From NCBI GenBank assembly GCA_045837725.1, contig JBEWZL010000287.1, positions 62,001 to 126,000 of the forward strand: DNA of 64,000 nucleotides, given 5' to 3'. The notes beneath the pieces were generated by a model. The model had not been told where the DNA came from. It made no database searches and worked only from the letters and a program-made list of their open reading frames with translations. The position numbers and the translations under genes were made by a program. Below, piece after piece: positions 1 through 13,157 of this stretch. The stretch is from Vermamoeba vermiformis. Lineage: Eukaryota. The number at the start of each line of letters is the position of its first letter. Position 1 is the stretch's first letter.

Positions 1-2443
1 TATTTCAACTCTTACTTTGGTATTGCGCCAGACCAAGTTATCGATCAATAACTGATTCAACACGTGGCTATTTAAGCGAACAGTCAGAAGATTGAATTAT
101 AAAGTTCCAAATCAAATCAGGTTGAAATTTCTTACTCTACGTAAGCCTCGGTATAAGGTCTTTTGTAATGTGTCGACCAATTGTCGTGAACAAACTTGCG
201 TTCTTCAGGTGTCTGGTCGCGGAAATTTAAAGGTATGGTGTGCTTGGCAAACATGTCTAAAAACGTTCGGACACCTTCCAACGAATCACTGAAGGTTAAA
301 TAATATGTTATTAAGGCTATCAGTAAAATTATAGTCTGAATGATGCTACGTACAATTTTGGAAAAGGAGTGCCACTCATGTACCACGAGAACGTTCGTTG
401 CAAATAATAGATCACATCTATGAACATCAGTTAAATTCGATTGAACATTAATACCAAATTAGGAAAGTGCATACCCATCGTGAACTCATCGCCAATGACT
501 TCGTGACCCTCGTCCATGACAATGCGGTGCCAATGAAAATGCTCGAGAATCACTCCTTTGATCTTCTCAGGTGCCTTGTCTTTCAAGTAGTTTTCGAGCA
601 TTTTATCGACACGGTCAATGCGATCATGTGGTGCTGCTGCATCCATTTTGATTTGTGAGCCGTGATTGGGGTAGGCAATATAGTTTTTGTTTTTGAGCAA
701 GTTGTATGTCACGACAACAACATCTAACAAAGGTATTAAGGTCATCGAATGTTATTTCAAATATCTGTGATCTTACCAGCATCAAGGATTTGTTGATAAG
801 TGATCTTCTTGACCTGTGCAATCGTTGTGATTGTAATCACGCTCAACTTTGGTTCCGAATGCTCTTCGATTTCCTTCACCCATTGGTCAACGAGATGGTT
901 CGGACACAGCACTGCAAATTTAAGTCAGTTTGTTGAGAACAGCTAAGCGAGTACTTACCAAGGGTCGCTTTTGTTGCAAAGTAAGGATCACTCTTCGGCG
1001 CTTGTTTCATCGGATTTGAAAGTATCAAGCCAAGCATTTCAATGGTCTTGCCGAGGCCCATTTCATCGGCGAGCACTCCGCCTCTCGGTTTGAACTGCAA
1101 GTTGTGTTCACTTGCGTTCTCAAGCAACACGAGCTTCTCTTCTTTTGGCGTGTACTTCAATAGGATTTTAGGCATTTCTGTCTCAATAAGTGGAGACACT
1201 TCGAACTCTGTCGAGACACAAAAGTGTGTTACGGATGGTTATATTGTTGAGACTTATATCAATCACTTACTCTTATCAGCTTCTTGTTCGGTAGTGACCA
1301 TCCAGTTGATTGCGTTGATTTGATAGTTGTGCAATTTGACACCTGTCAACGATTGAGGCTGTTCGGCGATGACTGGAAGAACCTAGTAACGCGAATATTA
1401 TTCAATATTCAAGTGCTGCATGCCTACGTACGGTAGGTAAATAAGATTCCTTTGGCGAGAAGTAATCCTCAACAGGCCGGTGCTTGGCGAACTTTGCATT
1501 AAGTTTGGCAAGAACAGGTTTTTTGAATAATCCGATCTCTGTAATCTGCTCGTCTGATCTTATTCTTCGCTCCAATCTATTATACAATAATTAATAATTT
1601 ATCATATTTCAATGCGTCTACTTTCATCCATACTTAGATAAATTAACTTCGATGGATATGTCGCACTTCACTATTTCTGATCCTGCAATTGCCTTGCTAT
1701 CCAAAAGAAATCGGTAGCAATCTGCTTTTTTAGACGCTTCCATTACTGCTACTAGTTGCTTATAGAAAGGACTTCGGGTATGAGCTATCGCCGTGTGATT
1801 TCCTTGTTTGTCAGCGAGCTTTATAATTTATTAGAAGATCATAATAATTTTTTCCGTCCGGCAAAAGTTCATGATAATAATTACTGAAAAAGATCAGCTT
1901 TTTTTTTTCACCGGTTTAATACACTTACGATTGCGAAATACTTCCCGCGTACAAACTCAAATGACTTGACCGTCACTGGGGGTCCTGCGTTGGGATACAA
2001 CTTGCTTCGGGTCATTTCATGATTGCCTTCAGCAAACGGTTAATCAATTTAAAAATGCGGATCTCAACAAGTTTCTCACCAGTATACTGTGAATACGTGT
2101 GTGGATTGTTATCATGGAAAAGGAATTTGCTAATCAGGTGCCACGATAACGATTCATCTTTCGACACAAGCCACCAATGTTGACAAACAGCGCCTGCACG
2201 AGAAAGATCTACACGCGAAAGTTGACAAAATATTGACACTAAAATTTCTGGTGGAAGTTCTATTTGCTCTGCAATATTTTCAGCTGCATTATCGTCATTT
2301 TGATTATTTTTTGGAGATTTTTGGTCGTTGTTGGCTGTCAGATCAAGTTTTTGTTTTTTTGTTTGAGGTTCTGTTGCTTCATCCAAATCGTTTGTTGCTG
2401 AAATATCATCAATCTTTCGCTTTAGATCCTTTTTAGAGGTCAT
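1..2443 (-). CDS. F-box + SNF2-family helicase (RAD5/SHPRH-like ATPase), copy 1, multi-exon, runs off the window start
   Basis: N-terminal F-box (LPPEILVSIFCQLSRVDLSRAGAVCQHWW), SNF2 motif I GGVLADEMGLGKT, motif II WHRIVMDEGH, and WYMSGTPF. Spliced with GT-AG introns. Confidence 0.9.
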
Positions 2444-2561
2444 ATTTCGCGCTGTGGTGCACTTGCTGGCTTTTTTCTGGAAATAAAAGTTAACTGATGG
2501 GCCCAGTTGTGGTTCGGTTTGTGCATAAAACAATTCCCGGAAATTAACAAAAACTTCGTTA
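1..2561. repeat. Inverted segmental duplication, arm 1 (partner about 26657-29170)
   Basis: The reverse complement matches 26657 onward through promoter, exons and introns (e.g. cacaaaccgaaccaca...catcagttaac). Homology ends near 2561/26657. Confidence 0.92.
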
Positions 2562-2680
2562 CGAGGCGCGCAAAATTATTCAAGGCGCACATCTTAACGA
2601 GCTGCGTAATTGTTTTGGCGGGATGAAAAAACATTAAACGTGAAATTAGGTCCTGAATTTATATTCTATGTTAACATGGC

Positions 2681-4964
2681 TTATATTGTTTCTAGCTTGT
2701 AAAAGTATTCAAATGCTCTGATAAGTTTCTCAGGTCGAATGTTGTACAACGGATCCGTTGGTTTCTGAAAGCACGTGGTTAGTTCCATTACAGTTGATGA
2801 CTATAACCTTACCAATAAATTTGAATGCTTGCCAAGTACTGTTGGTGGTAAACCTAACGCATTATGTTGAGCAATAGATAGACCGCTTAACGCGTAGCAA
2901 GTGTGGTAATAATCGGGGGATCTGAAAAAAAAGTTCAATTTAGCAACAAGTAAATAATATTATATATGTATATATTAATATAGTGTGACTTACTTTCCGG
3001 GTTTATCGCGCAATCCACCGTTCTTTTCTTGCGCACAAGTCAACAAGTACTGCTGCAACATTTTTTGATTGAACAACCAGCCAGCAGGTCTTTGATCAAA
3101 ACTCTCGCTCCGATGTTTCATACTAATCAAATTCTCTGCAATCGAAATTTCATCGATTTCCTCGTCTTCATCCATAGACTCGCTAATAGCGCCACTTTCA
3201 TCGGGATTCCAGTCCTTCATTTCAACGCTGTTCATGCGCGTCAGCTCATCGAGTGCCTCGCCGCTTTCGGAAATTTCCGTGATACTCATGCCGCTCTTCA
3301 TGCTGTCCCGTAACGATCTCATGCTGATTGCTGAGGCTCGGAGATTTCGTTTAGTTTTCTTGCCATCTTCTTCTCCGACCAGATCCGATTGCGTTGGGCT
3401 GGGATCTTCGACAGTACTATTGATATTTGTATTATTGCTATTGTCTTGATTTTTCATTTGCAGCAATCGATCGATCAGCGGGAACAGTCCTCCGCCCCAA
3501 TAGCTGTAACACGCGTCCACAACTTTATTAGCACGGCCTTGAAAACCTCCTTCGCTGCTCATTTGCCTCGACACAGCCCATTTCTAAGAAAATTAAACGT
3601 TTAATAACACCACCATTAAAAGACTAATTTCCACCACTAGCAAATTTAAAAAAAAAATCGTATGGCTTAGAAATTCATATAGATGGTAAGTTCAATTTGA
3701 ACGAAGTTTCTTAATAAGAAAAGTGCGTACGATGAACCGATTGAGATCAATCAAGTGAGCCTTGTTGATCATCATTAATGCTCCGAGACCACAAAACGCG
3801 AGACCTGCGTGAGCTTCAACGCCTGGCTCGCCGCCGATACCTCCTTCATATGTCTGGCATCTACGGATAATTATTAATACACCATTTCAATCTAGAACTC
3901 GCTGAAAAGACGGATCCAAAAAAGCATATTTCAGAAATATTATACGCAAGCTATTAGTCAATCACATTACGTTAAGCTATTTTGGATTATATTATGGTTA
4001 CGTACTTCGCAAGCCATTCACCAGTGCCTTCAATCAGATCCGGTGTCATAATGTTCAAGTACGACGCGGTGACTACAGCACAATAAGCAGAACGAGTGTC
4101 AGACTCGCCTTGATCGTGCATCATAAATGCGCCGTTAGGTAACTTTAAGCTCAATAAAAACGACTTCATTTTCTCTCTAAATAAAAGTATTGGGTTAGTA
4201 TTAATTTTTTGACAGATCTTGAAAAAAATATCTGTACGCACCTATTTATGATTTTATAGGCTCTATCATCGTTTAATAGCATTAGTGTACTGACTGCCGC
4301 AAAAGTTGGCGCAAGATGAGGCATTTGGCCGGGTCCTGGAAAATTTTAATTTTTTATCTCGATCGGATGTGCTATGTGCTTCGACTTACCGCCACCAAAA
4401 CCTCCGTGAGGGCTCTGGCACTTATTTAAATAATTAATTACATTCGTTACGAGTTCGGGACTGAATGGCGCATCCAGTAATTCTAAACTATGCATGATCC
4501 AATAACAAAGCCAAGGCTTGCTTGCATCGAGACTAGACCAGCCTCCACCGAGGCCATTTAATGCTTTATGGAGATATTTTATATGGACCTCTCGATTAAG
4601 ATTCAGCCTGTAGAAGGAAAATAGATCAATAATACAAAATATTTTGTAAATCCAGCTTGCAACATTTCAAAAAAATAAAAATAAAAATTCTGTAAGCCTG
4701 CAATAACCTCTATATGTGATGAGTATCAATTTAATGCTTTCTAATCGAAATGGAATTTATTAATGCAAAATTTCAGCTAAGACCGAATTTGAATGCTAAA
4801 AATAACCAAATTGCTTTTCTTTCCAAATTTATTATTAATATTGAATATAAATTGTAGTCTTACTCGTCCCAGCTCTGATTGACAGTCATAAAAGTCTCGT
4901 AAAAGCTCAAAATGTTGCTTTCAACATCGCGCTGCTCGGTGCTCGTGCGAGTATCAGGCTCCAT
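2681..4964 (-). CDS. FNTB: Protein farnesyltransferase subunit beta, multi-exon, with a low-complexity acidic insert
   Basis: Motifs LDASKPWLCYWIMHSL, GGFGGGPGQMPHLAPTFAAV, GESDTRSAYCA, EGGFQGRANKVVDACYS, GGLRDKPGK..DYYHTCY. Confidence 0.93.
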
Positions 4965-5552
4965 TGAAATAACAATGTATTAACGAGAAATATCAAGTCT
5001 TGTGATATTCAACAGAGTGCATCTAAAATTAATCAAGTTTGTGGCAGGCAATAAAATTTATTCAATCCAAACAAAAGTAATACAAGCGCAACAAGCCATG
5101 AATACGCAAAATTAACACAATTTTACAACAACAGCGCTGAATTAACCTAAAAGAGGTGGCTTATCAGATCGACAACAAGAAGACAAGGTCGATCTTGCCT
5201 TCTTGATATTGGTTGTAAATCCTTACCACGTATACGATAATTTGAACGTGACAAGCTAGCTTAAAGCATTATTTTGTGTTGAAACAACCTCATTTTCTCA
5301 AATATTATAATATTACAATATTCAATATTACAAGTGCGATGTGACCAGTCCCCTAACTGAGAATAGATGTGACGATTAGAAATGCATCAAAATGTGCATC
5401 GTTCGACCTGCTAGTAAGTACTAGTATCTTCGAAAGTGCACAAAAAAACGTGCGGGTGAATTTTTCGTTGTTAGCTTTGAATTGATTCAACGAGTAGCAG
5501 GCCTCACCGTGTCGTAGTCTCAATAATCCGTATTTACTTAATAACGGAGCCA

Positions 5553-8500
5553 ATGAGAGGGTGGTTTGGCTTCAAAAGCTGCATCTTCTCGATCCAGCTG
5601 TTAGTCATTGCTCTTAGCTGGGAATTAATAGCTGCGGATAGTACAATAGGGCTAAACCTGACTCCATATAATTTAGTCAATGAAACTACTGTAGTATTCA
5701 ATTACACGGATGGCTCGCCAATCTGCATGGAGCCAGTTTGTGCCAAAAATCAGACCTACTTCGAACATTTTGCATGGTAAATATATAACATAATTATGGT
5801 TAATTTTACCACGAAGAAAATTTGCTAAACTAATTGAAGACACCGAAATACGGATTTGCTATTTAATTTCAACGTGCTTCAATCCTAAATATATACTAAT
5901 CATTATAAATAATAGCTATGATGGTAACGGTAATTGGGGATTTGGTATTAGAACACTCCCGGCTGGCCTTATTGGTCCTGGTTATACGCTGCTAAGAGTA
6001 AGCTAAATCCATTTTCACAATCAACCTTCTAGAACGTTATTTGCATTATTATCATGATAATCGCAGTACATTAATATTAATCAAGCTGTTAAATAATATA
6101 TCACGATTTTATGTTTTAAAATTAACGATATCTTTGCGTGATCTAGGTCAATCTAACGTTATATGGAAAATTCGTTTGGAAAACAAATGATTCAGCCTTA
6201 ATTTCGATACAATTACAAGACGAGCTTATATTTCAAGGCAAATTGCCTCGCGATGGCAAAAACTTGTAAGTGCATCCGTGATCCAAAATTAGATTTTCTG
6301 TTTTGCGATATTAACGAGGCGAGCCCAGTTTATTAACAAATTTAAATACAATACTATGGATATTATCCGATGATATAGTATTTGATTGAATCTCTATTCC
6401 GTGAACGCACAATTTTTAAAATTGGATGTACCTCACGATTCGCTCGATTGTTTTTATTGACTGATAATATTATCTTAGCGAGAATTCATGCGCTAATTGC
6501 GTGTCAAAGTGGTCTATTGAAGTCGATGCAGCAAATTGGATAACTGGATGGGAAGGCTGGAGTCACACCTCGCCAAACAACTTCTACAGCATCGTTGCGG
6601 CGGGTGATATGTGTTTATCTCAAGTAGTATTGAGATTATATTATGCTAAGGGTACGTTACTTTCATCTACAAAGGATATCCGATCCGTTACACACGGAAT
6701 ATTTGTTTTGAAACAATTGTTTATCGAAGTTCAAAATCATTTCTCGAGCCATTATTATATATAATGCACATATTGTGTCTATAATATGGTCATTTACTAT
6801 TTAAAATATGAGAGTGGTTTTAAAGGCCGAAATTATTTTGGAAAAGTCAATCGAGCATTCAAGCTAATTTTTTTTTCTGCATTTCAGCCTTGCCAATAAT
6901 AGAGCACCTGAATCCAACCGGCGGAGCATATTCAGGCGGTACGACATTAAGCCTTACGGGCCACAACTTTGATCCGAGCAAAAACATGAGCTGCCTTTTC
7001 GGAGGCGACATCCGTGTTCCGGCCGTAGTCTCGAGTGATGGCAATAGTATACTATGTACTACACCTCCTCGTAGTGCGTTTAAGAATAGCACTGCATTTG
7101 TGAACATTGATGGCTTTGAAGGCATTGAATTGGATCTGGAAGTCAACGGACTGAGGATCAATACGACACTGTCGTTCTTTTACTATCGTACGTAATATAG
7201 GCATACTTTATATATAGCATTAAGCCGATACCTACTACAAATATCTATAACATTCAATTTGTTTTGAATCAGTAATACACTAAAAAAGTGGATCTAACAC
7301 GCACCTTTACAGCGGATCCGGTCGTCACGAGCATGACTCCAATGTTTTCCAATGCAAATCAGCCCACGTGGGTTACATTCTACGGCACGGGATTTATGTA
7401 CGAAGAGAATTTTGGAATTTATCCTCGATGCAAATTTGGCGACAGAATTGCCACCAACATGACCTTTGTGTAAGTCCAAATTTTTAACTCAGATCTGAAC
7501 CTTTATATCACTACTGCACAAAGTAAGTATACTAATGTTCTATATATTAAGCAACTCGACGCAGTTCATGTGCATGACAATTGCTGGTCCACCCAATGAC
7601 GCACCTGTGTTTGTCTCCTTCAACGGACAACAGTTCACAGAGCTCAATATGACATTTTCATTCGGTAAGTACGACATAGTATATATATTAGATGATATGA
7701 TATGATATGATATCATTACAGTATAATGTACTTTTAGTGTTGGAATTTTGTGGATCTGCATTGATTTTTTGATGTTTGATAGTGACGGGATTCAACAACG
7801 GAGATACATTAGCGTGGGCAATAGTAACCATAGCAGGAGTACTAGTCCTCAGTGGCGTGCTGTTGGTGATTTGTTTGGCTCGCAGAAACAAATACGGACG
7901 TGACATGAGCTTACAGCCACACACGCGACTGGTCAACGAGACGAGTCCTTTGTTGACTGGTAAGTTGATAGAAATGGTTCATTATGCGCGCGTTATACTA
8001 AAGCTGGCATCTATAGACTCGCTACGTGCTATATTGGATATAGATGATTTCTCTAAGGAATTGAAAATCTCCGAGATCCAGTGGGGAAAGCGGATCGGCC
8101 GCGGTAGTTTTGGCGAAGTCTATTTGGTAATTAATACGTTGTTATATATTATTGATAGTGTATTAACATCGTTAATAGGCTACTTGGCGAGGAACTAATG
8201 TCGCCGTCAAAAAATTATCGGTTCATAATTTGAATCGCGAAGTGTTGAAGGAGATCTTCCGAGAAGTTACAATTATGAGGTTAAAAAAGCCCTATTTTAG
8301 TTAAATAACACAATTTAATAATATTTGTTCTTCAGAGGATTGCGCCACCCGAATGTCCTTCAATTTTTGGGTGCGTGTACGGAGCCACCAGATGTGTACA
8401 TTGTGATCGAGTACATGCCAAAGGGCAGTTTGTATCAAATCATTCACGACAAGGTAAGTACTATAATATGGTGTTGTATATATAGGATAATAATAGACTT

Positions 8501-9333
8501 TTTTCAGTCGATCGCTTTGCCGTGGGACAGGATCAAGTCGATCGCGATTGATGCAGCGCGAGGAATGTCTTATTTGCACAATAGTGATCCTATTATTATC
8601 CACCGTGACTTAAAATCTCAGAATTTACTCGTTGACGATAACTGGCGTGTCAAAGGTACGTGCACCGTGACTCGATCCAAGGCACATGTTTGAGCTCACC
8701 TTTCATTCTTTAGTGTGCGATTTTGGTCTCTCAAGAATCTACAAAGACACGCAGTCGACGAAGTTGACAGCTTGTGGCACTCCTTGCTGGACTGGTACGT
8801 GACGTGACACTTTTAACATTTTGACACTTCAAGTTTGACACGCGCAATAATACCAAAACTCTTTTCTCGGCTAATTATGACTAAGTTGAATTATTAGTAG
8901 CATATAAATGCAGTTATTAATGTTATTTGATAGCACCGGAGGTTCTCCGTAGAAATCGATACACGGTCAAAGCGGATGTGTACTCGTTCGGTGTTGTGCT
9001 ATGGGAGATGATTACACGTGAAGAGCCATTCAAGGGCATGCCACCATTCCAGGTCATATTATTAGTTGGCACTCAGGTACGTTTTGATAGACTTTGTGAG
9101 CTGCAACTAGATCGAGATCGGATCGCTGATATTTTTTATCATTAGGGCCAACGACCTGATATTCCTAATTATTGCCCGCCACAATATGCTCAATTAATAG
9201 AAGACTGCTGTAAGTATATAGTAATGTTAGTCGCTAGAGTTGGTTTGGTAACGGATCCCTTATTTCAGGGCAAGAAGATCCGGATAAGCGTCCCAGTTTT
9301 GAAGAAATAATCACTCGACTAGAGTCGTTTTAA
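5553..9333 (+). CDS. Receptor-type TKL protein kinase with signal peptide, IPT/TIG repeats, TM helix and kinase domain
   Basis: Hydrophobic N-terminus, IPT-like [82 protein letters not shown]. Confidence 0.9.
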
Positions 9334-9388
9334 TAATTGTTATTATTATTTTGATGTAAATACCATGTACAGTAAATTACACATTTAT

Positions 9389-10253
9389 TTAATCGTGCCC
9401 CTGTGCCAGGTACTCGTCCCGCAAATCACTCAACTTTACTTTTTTATCTCCTCGTACTACTTTTGCTTCCCATCCGTTCCTCATTGTCTTGCTGCCTTCT
9501 TTTTCCGCTCTGCAAACGTAGGTTACCCACTTTGACGGCGACGAACTGTAGCCTTCTGTGCCTTCTTCGCCAATGTAGCCGCTCACATCCACCCTCGTTT
9601 GATAGTTTCCGTAGACGATGGTATCACCAGCCTTTAGCAAACCTTGCTGGACAAGGTCGCGAATGGTAACGTTTGGAACTCGCTTTCTTTTTCGTTTTCC
9701 GTCTGCTGTCACCACAGAGGTGTCGTGAGAGACTTCTTCATCTGACAAACTCTCTTCAATCTCCTGCTGTAACGAGTCTATAAATATGTTGTGAAAATAT
9801 TTATAATTACCTGAATGAGATCTGTTGAGGTGCTCAGAGGGGCGAGAGGCTGCGCTGACAGATTTTTGGGGTGGAGAGACCGCACGGTGGGAAAATTGAC
9901 CGCACCGGGTGGTGTGAGGCTCACACTAGGTGCTTCGACGAGGCCTATTGTTCGTGGAAATTGGAAGATGTGCGCAGCTCAAACCCTGGGTAAGATAACA
10001 ATTTAGCTCCGGATGTCAACAAAATTTTCATTTAAAAATTTCAAAACAACGGCAAAAATATCGTACCTAATCGAATTGCTTTTAGGATGCAAGCAGATAG
10101 CTCGTCTATTTTTTCTGCAGCTGCGTTGCTAATTCTTTCTGTTGGCTGATTCAAATCCAGCACCGCGTTAAGTTTGGCCCTCAGAGACCGCAGTTGGTCA
10201 ATGCCTGGGTCTATATAATTTTGCAACAGCCTTGAAGTATCGTTCTCTGCCAT
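9389..10253 (-). CDS. RAMA-domain protein (MPND-type RAMA at C-terminus); splicing of the middle exon is uncertain
   Basis: VTIRDLVQQGLLKAGD...SSPSKWVTYVC...NGWE...LSDLRDEY resembles the RAMA consensus. Basic NLS-like KRKRKR. Upstream exon starts MAENDT. Confidence 0.75.
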
Positions 10254-10376
10254 GACCTTGGTAGGTCGATAAGCCCTAATCAGAATTGATAAAGTTGCAA
10301 AGCCTCCCTCAAGTTCAGGGAGGAAATGATAAGAATCTGGCCAATCAGAATCGTTTGGTTTATTCTTGACCAATAG

Positions 10377-13010
10377 GAACAGTTTCAAAACCATGTGCTG
10401 CGGAATTTACACAGCGAGCTGATTAAAAGAAAAGAAGCTGACCAATCCGACCATTCTTCTCCACGTGGTTCGAAATGATAAAAACAAGCCATAAGACAAA
10501 GAAGAAAGAAGGGCCGAAAAAAGGTCTCTCCGTTCCGGACTTTCTCTTGAGAGCACAATTTCCACGAGCTAAGGACGAGCAGAAAGAATGAAAAATCCTC
10601 TTGCAGCGAAGAGGGCGTGGATCAACTGCTCTCTGCGACTTCACGCCGAGCGCGCTTCGCATCTACGACCGAGTTGGTGCCTCCAAAGGAGCTAATAGTA
10701 CTGAGCACTTTAAACAAAACTTTAACAAGAAAGTGATGGACGAGGATTTCCGTGTAATGTTTACGAACATTCACCAAGCGGAGAAATTGGTCGACTTCCT
10801 CAAAGAGGACGGGAACGCCTTCCAGTTCACTCACATCATTATCGATGAGGGTCATCATATTGATGAGAGTAGATTCGGTGCCGTCATAAACCATTTCCGT
10901 AACGCTGAAGTGAGTAGACATTTAAAAATTTAACTGACGATCTGATCTGATCTGTTCAACTTTTCTAGGTGTTTTTGTTCACCGCAACTGAGTTCAAAAT
11001 CAGGTGGACGAAGCCAATTTTAGCGAAAAGAAATCATGGCATGTTCGTCAAGTATGACAGTGACTACAAGCTAGTATTAAAATGTTAATTCATATTGTAA
11101 TTAGGTATCGCATGAGTGAGGCTGTCAACAAAAAGATCCTCAAAAAGCCCGTGCTGCTCGTAAAGAAATTTGAGCAAACCGATGAAGTAAAATTGTGCCT
11201 ACAAGACCAAGCTTTCGGTGGGCTCTCAAACCACAAAAAGAGTTGGCAATCAGTACTTTATTCTCCCACGTACATACGAGCAATGGCTAATGAGGTACTT
11301 TCTCTTCGTCGTTGTGTGACCTTGATCTGATCTCGTTATTTTTCCTCAGATGCTCTTATGCCTTAAGAAACAAATGAAGGACAATCCGACTGCTCGTGCG
11401 GTCTGCAAAGTTGATGGTATCGAGCATTGCATTCGGGTGTACAGAGAGGTCAAGAAATTAATCGATGACTCGCCAGATCCGGATGTCAAAAATTTTATTT
11501 CGATGTAAGTCATGTTTAGAAATTACAATGACAATATTAACGTACTCATAGGCCCTACTACTCGGGTATGCGAAGCAAAAGTGAAGAAAGGAATGGATTT
11601 TCCTTGTCCGAAGAAGAGCGGATCAACTTCAGCGATCGAATGAAGCAATACTTGAACAAGACCAGCGACGAACATCCGTACTCAGTTTTAATCCAGCCTC
11701 GACTCTGCAGTGAGGGCTACGATGATCCGTATATCACGACTGTCGTATTCTTCTCGATGTCCAGCTCGATGTCCGAATTCGTTCAGCTGTGTGGTCGCGG
11801 AACTCGATTTCCTTTTGGGAAATTTGACCCGAATAATCGCTTGTGCTACATTTTAATTCCAGATTTCTTCACTGACCTAGTACGTCAAGTTGCAAAAAAA
11901 AAAAAGTTAACTAATGTTTGCACTTTAGATCGACTACTTTGACAAATGGAGCAAAGACGATGAGATTTACAACATTGCGCGTCTCTCTGAAGACGAAGAT
12001 TTGATAGAAGATGGAGCCGTTGATAAAGACAGAGAGTCTCAGATGCTGTCTGCCACTTTAGAGTCCGAAGACTCAAACCAAATGGTCGTGAACGAAGACA
12101 GCAATTCACAATCACTTGAAGTTAAGACCGATGACGGCAATTGGCAATCCGATGGCTTTGGCTCAAACAATAACAACAACAATACTATGAATAATACCAA
12201 CGTCATGCCTCAACGTGAAGAGAATAAGAGCGAAGAAGAAGAGAGCGATAGCGAGAATAAGAGCCAGTCTCGAAAGGCACGAAGAACTTCCGGCAACTCT
12301 AACGTCGAACGTACGCTTACAAATATCCATCCGAGCTCCGATGCCATCCAATACAAATTCTTCAGTGAATCAGAGGACAACGAAGTCGAGTTACAAATTC
12401 TTAGAAAGGTAAAAATAGTTCGGCGGAAGTGCAATTTACCACAGAAACTAATATCGGTTGTAGGTCGTTGGAGAAACGGCCGTGGCACTCTTGGATACGA
12501 TTGACTATTCACCGAATAACAATAATGTGTCCCCACAACAGCAAGCAAAAGCAAAAAACGAGTCGAGCAAACGAAAGCGTGACAGCCTCGATAAGGATGA
12601 AAATCCGAGCCCAACAAAAAAACAAAAGCTGCCTAAAAATTCCGAGAATTTGCCTAAGAATGTTGACGCCTGGGTAAGACCATTTCGTTATTATATTTCG
12701 AAAGTACTAACCTGATATCAATTAATAGAGAAATTGCCTTGTTTACCATTCTTGCGACAAGGAGAAGAAATTTCCGGGAAGGTTAACAGCGATTGATCTC
12801 AACAAAAACAGCACCTTTAAAATCACATTCGAAGGGCAAGCCAACATTTCGCCGAACAAATTTGTCAGCGCCGTTGCTTCCAAAATTGGAATTTCGCAGA
12901 AGCAAGCGTCGGCCAATGCTGGTTACGAGCGATTTAAAGCCGTTTATGGTGATCAGGAAGTTCCGTTGGATGAGCTAAAGACTTTCTTGTCCAGACCTCA
13001 AGGTGCTTAA
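10377..13010 (+). pseudogene. ResIII/type I-III restriction-like SF2 helicase with C-terminal RAMA-like domain; 5' end damaged
   Basis: Spliced motifs IIIDEGHH (II), FTAT (III), YRMSEAVNKKIL, LCSEGYDDP (V), VQLCGRGTR (VI). Last exon 12729-13010 reads ISPNKFVSAV...AGYE...GDQEVPLDELK. No Walker A found and an in-frame TGA at 10589. Confidence 0.7.
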
Positions 13011-13157
13011 TTGAATCAGACCAATTCATTCGAAATTACTTTTTGAAGTTCGCATTAAGTTGCAGCTTCGAATTTTTTTTTGTCAACATTGTAAATAAAC
13101 TCCGTATTTCATTTATTCTAACATCGGAGCATGATAAAGAGGGACTTTCATATACAT

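Noticed and set aside
7690-7714. (gatat)n run
   Set aside because: Ordinary intronic microsatellite.
10589-10591. Stop-codon reassignment or selenocysteine to explain in-frame stops
   Set aside because: TAA, TAG and TGA all terminate other genes in the window normally. Local decay or sequence error is simpler.
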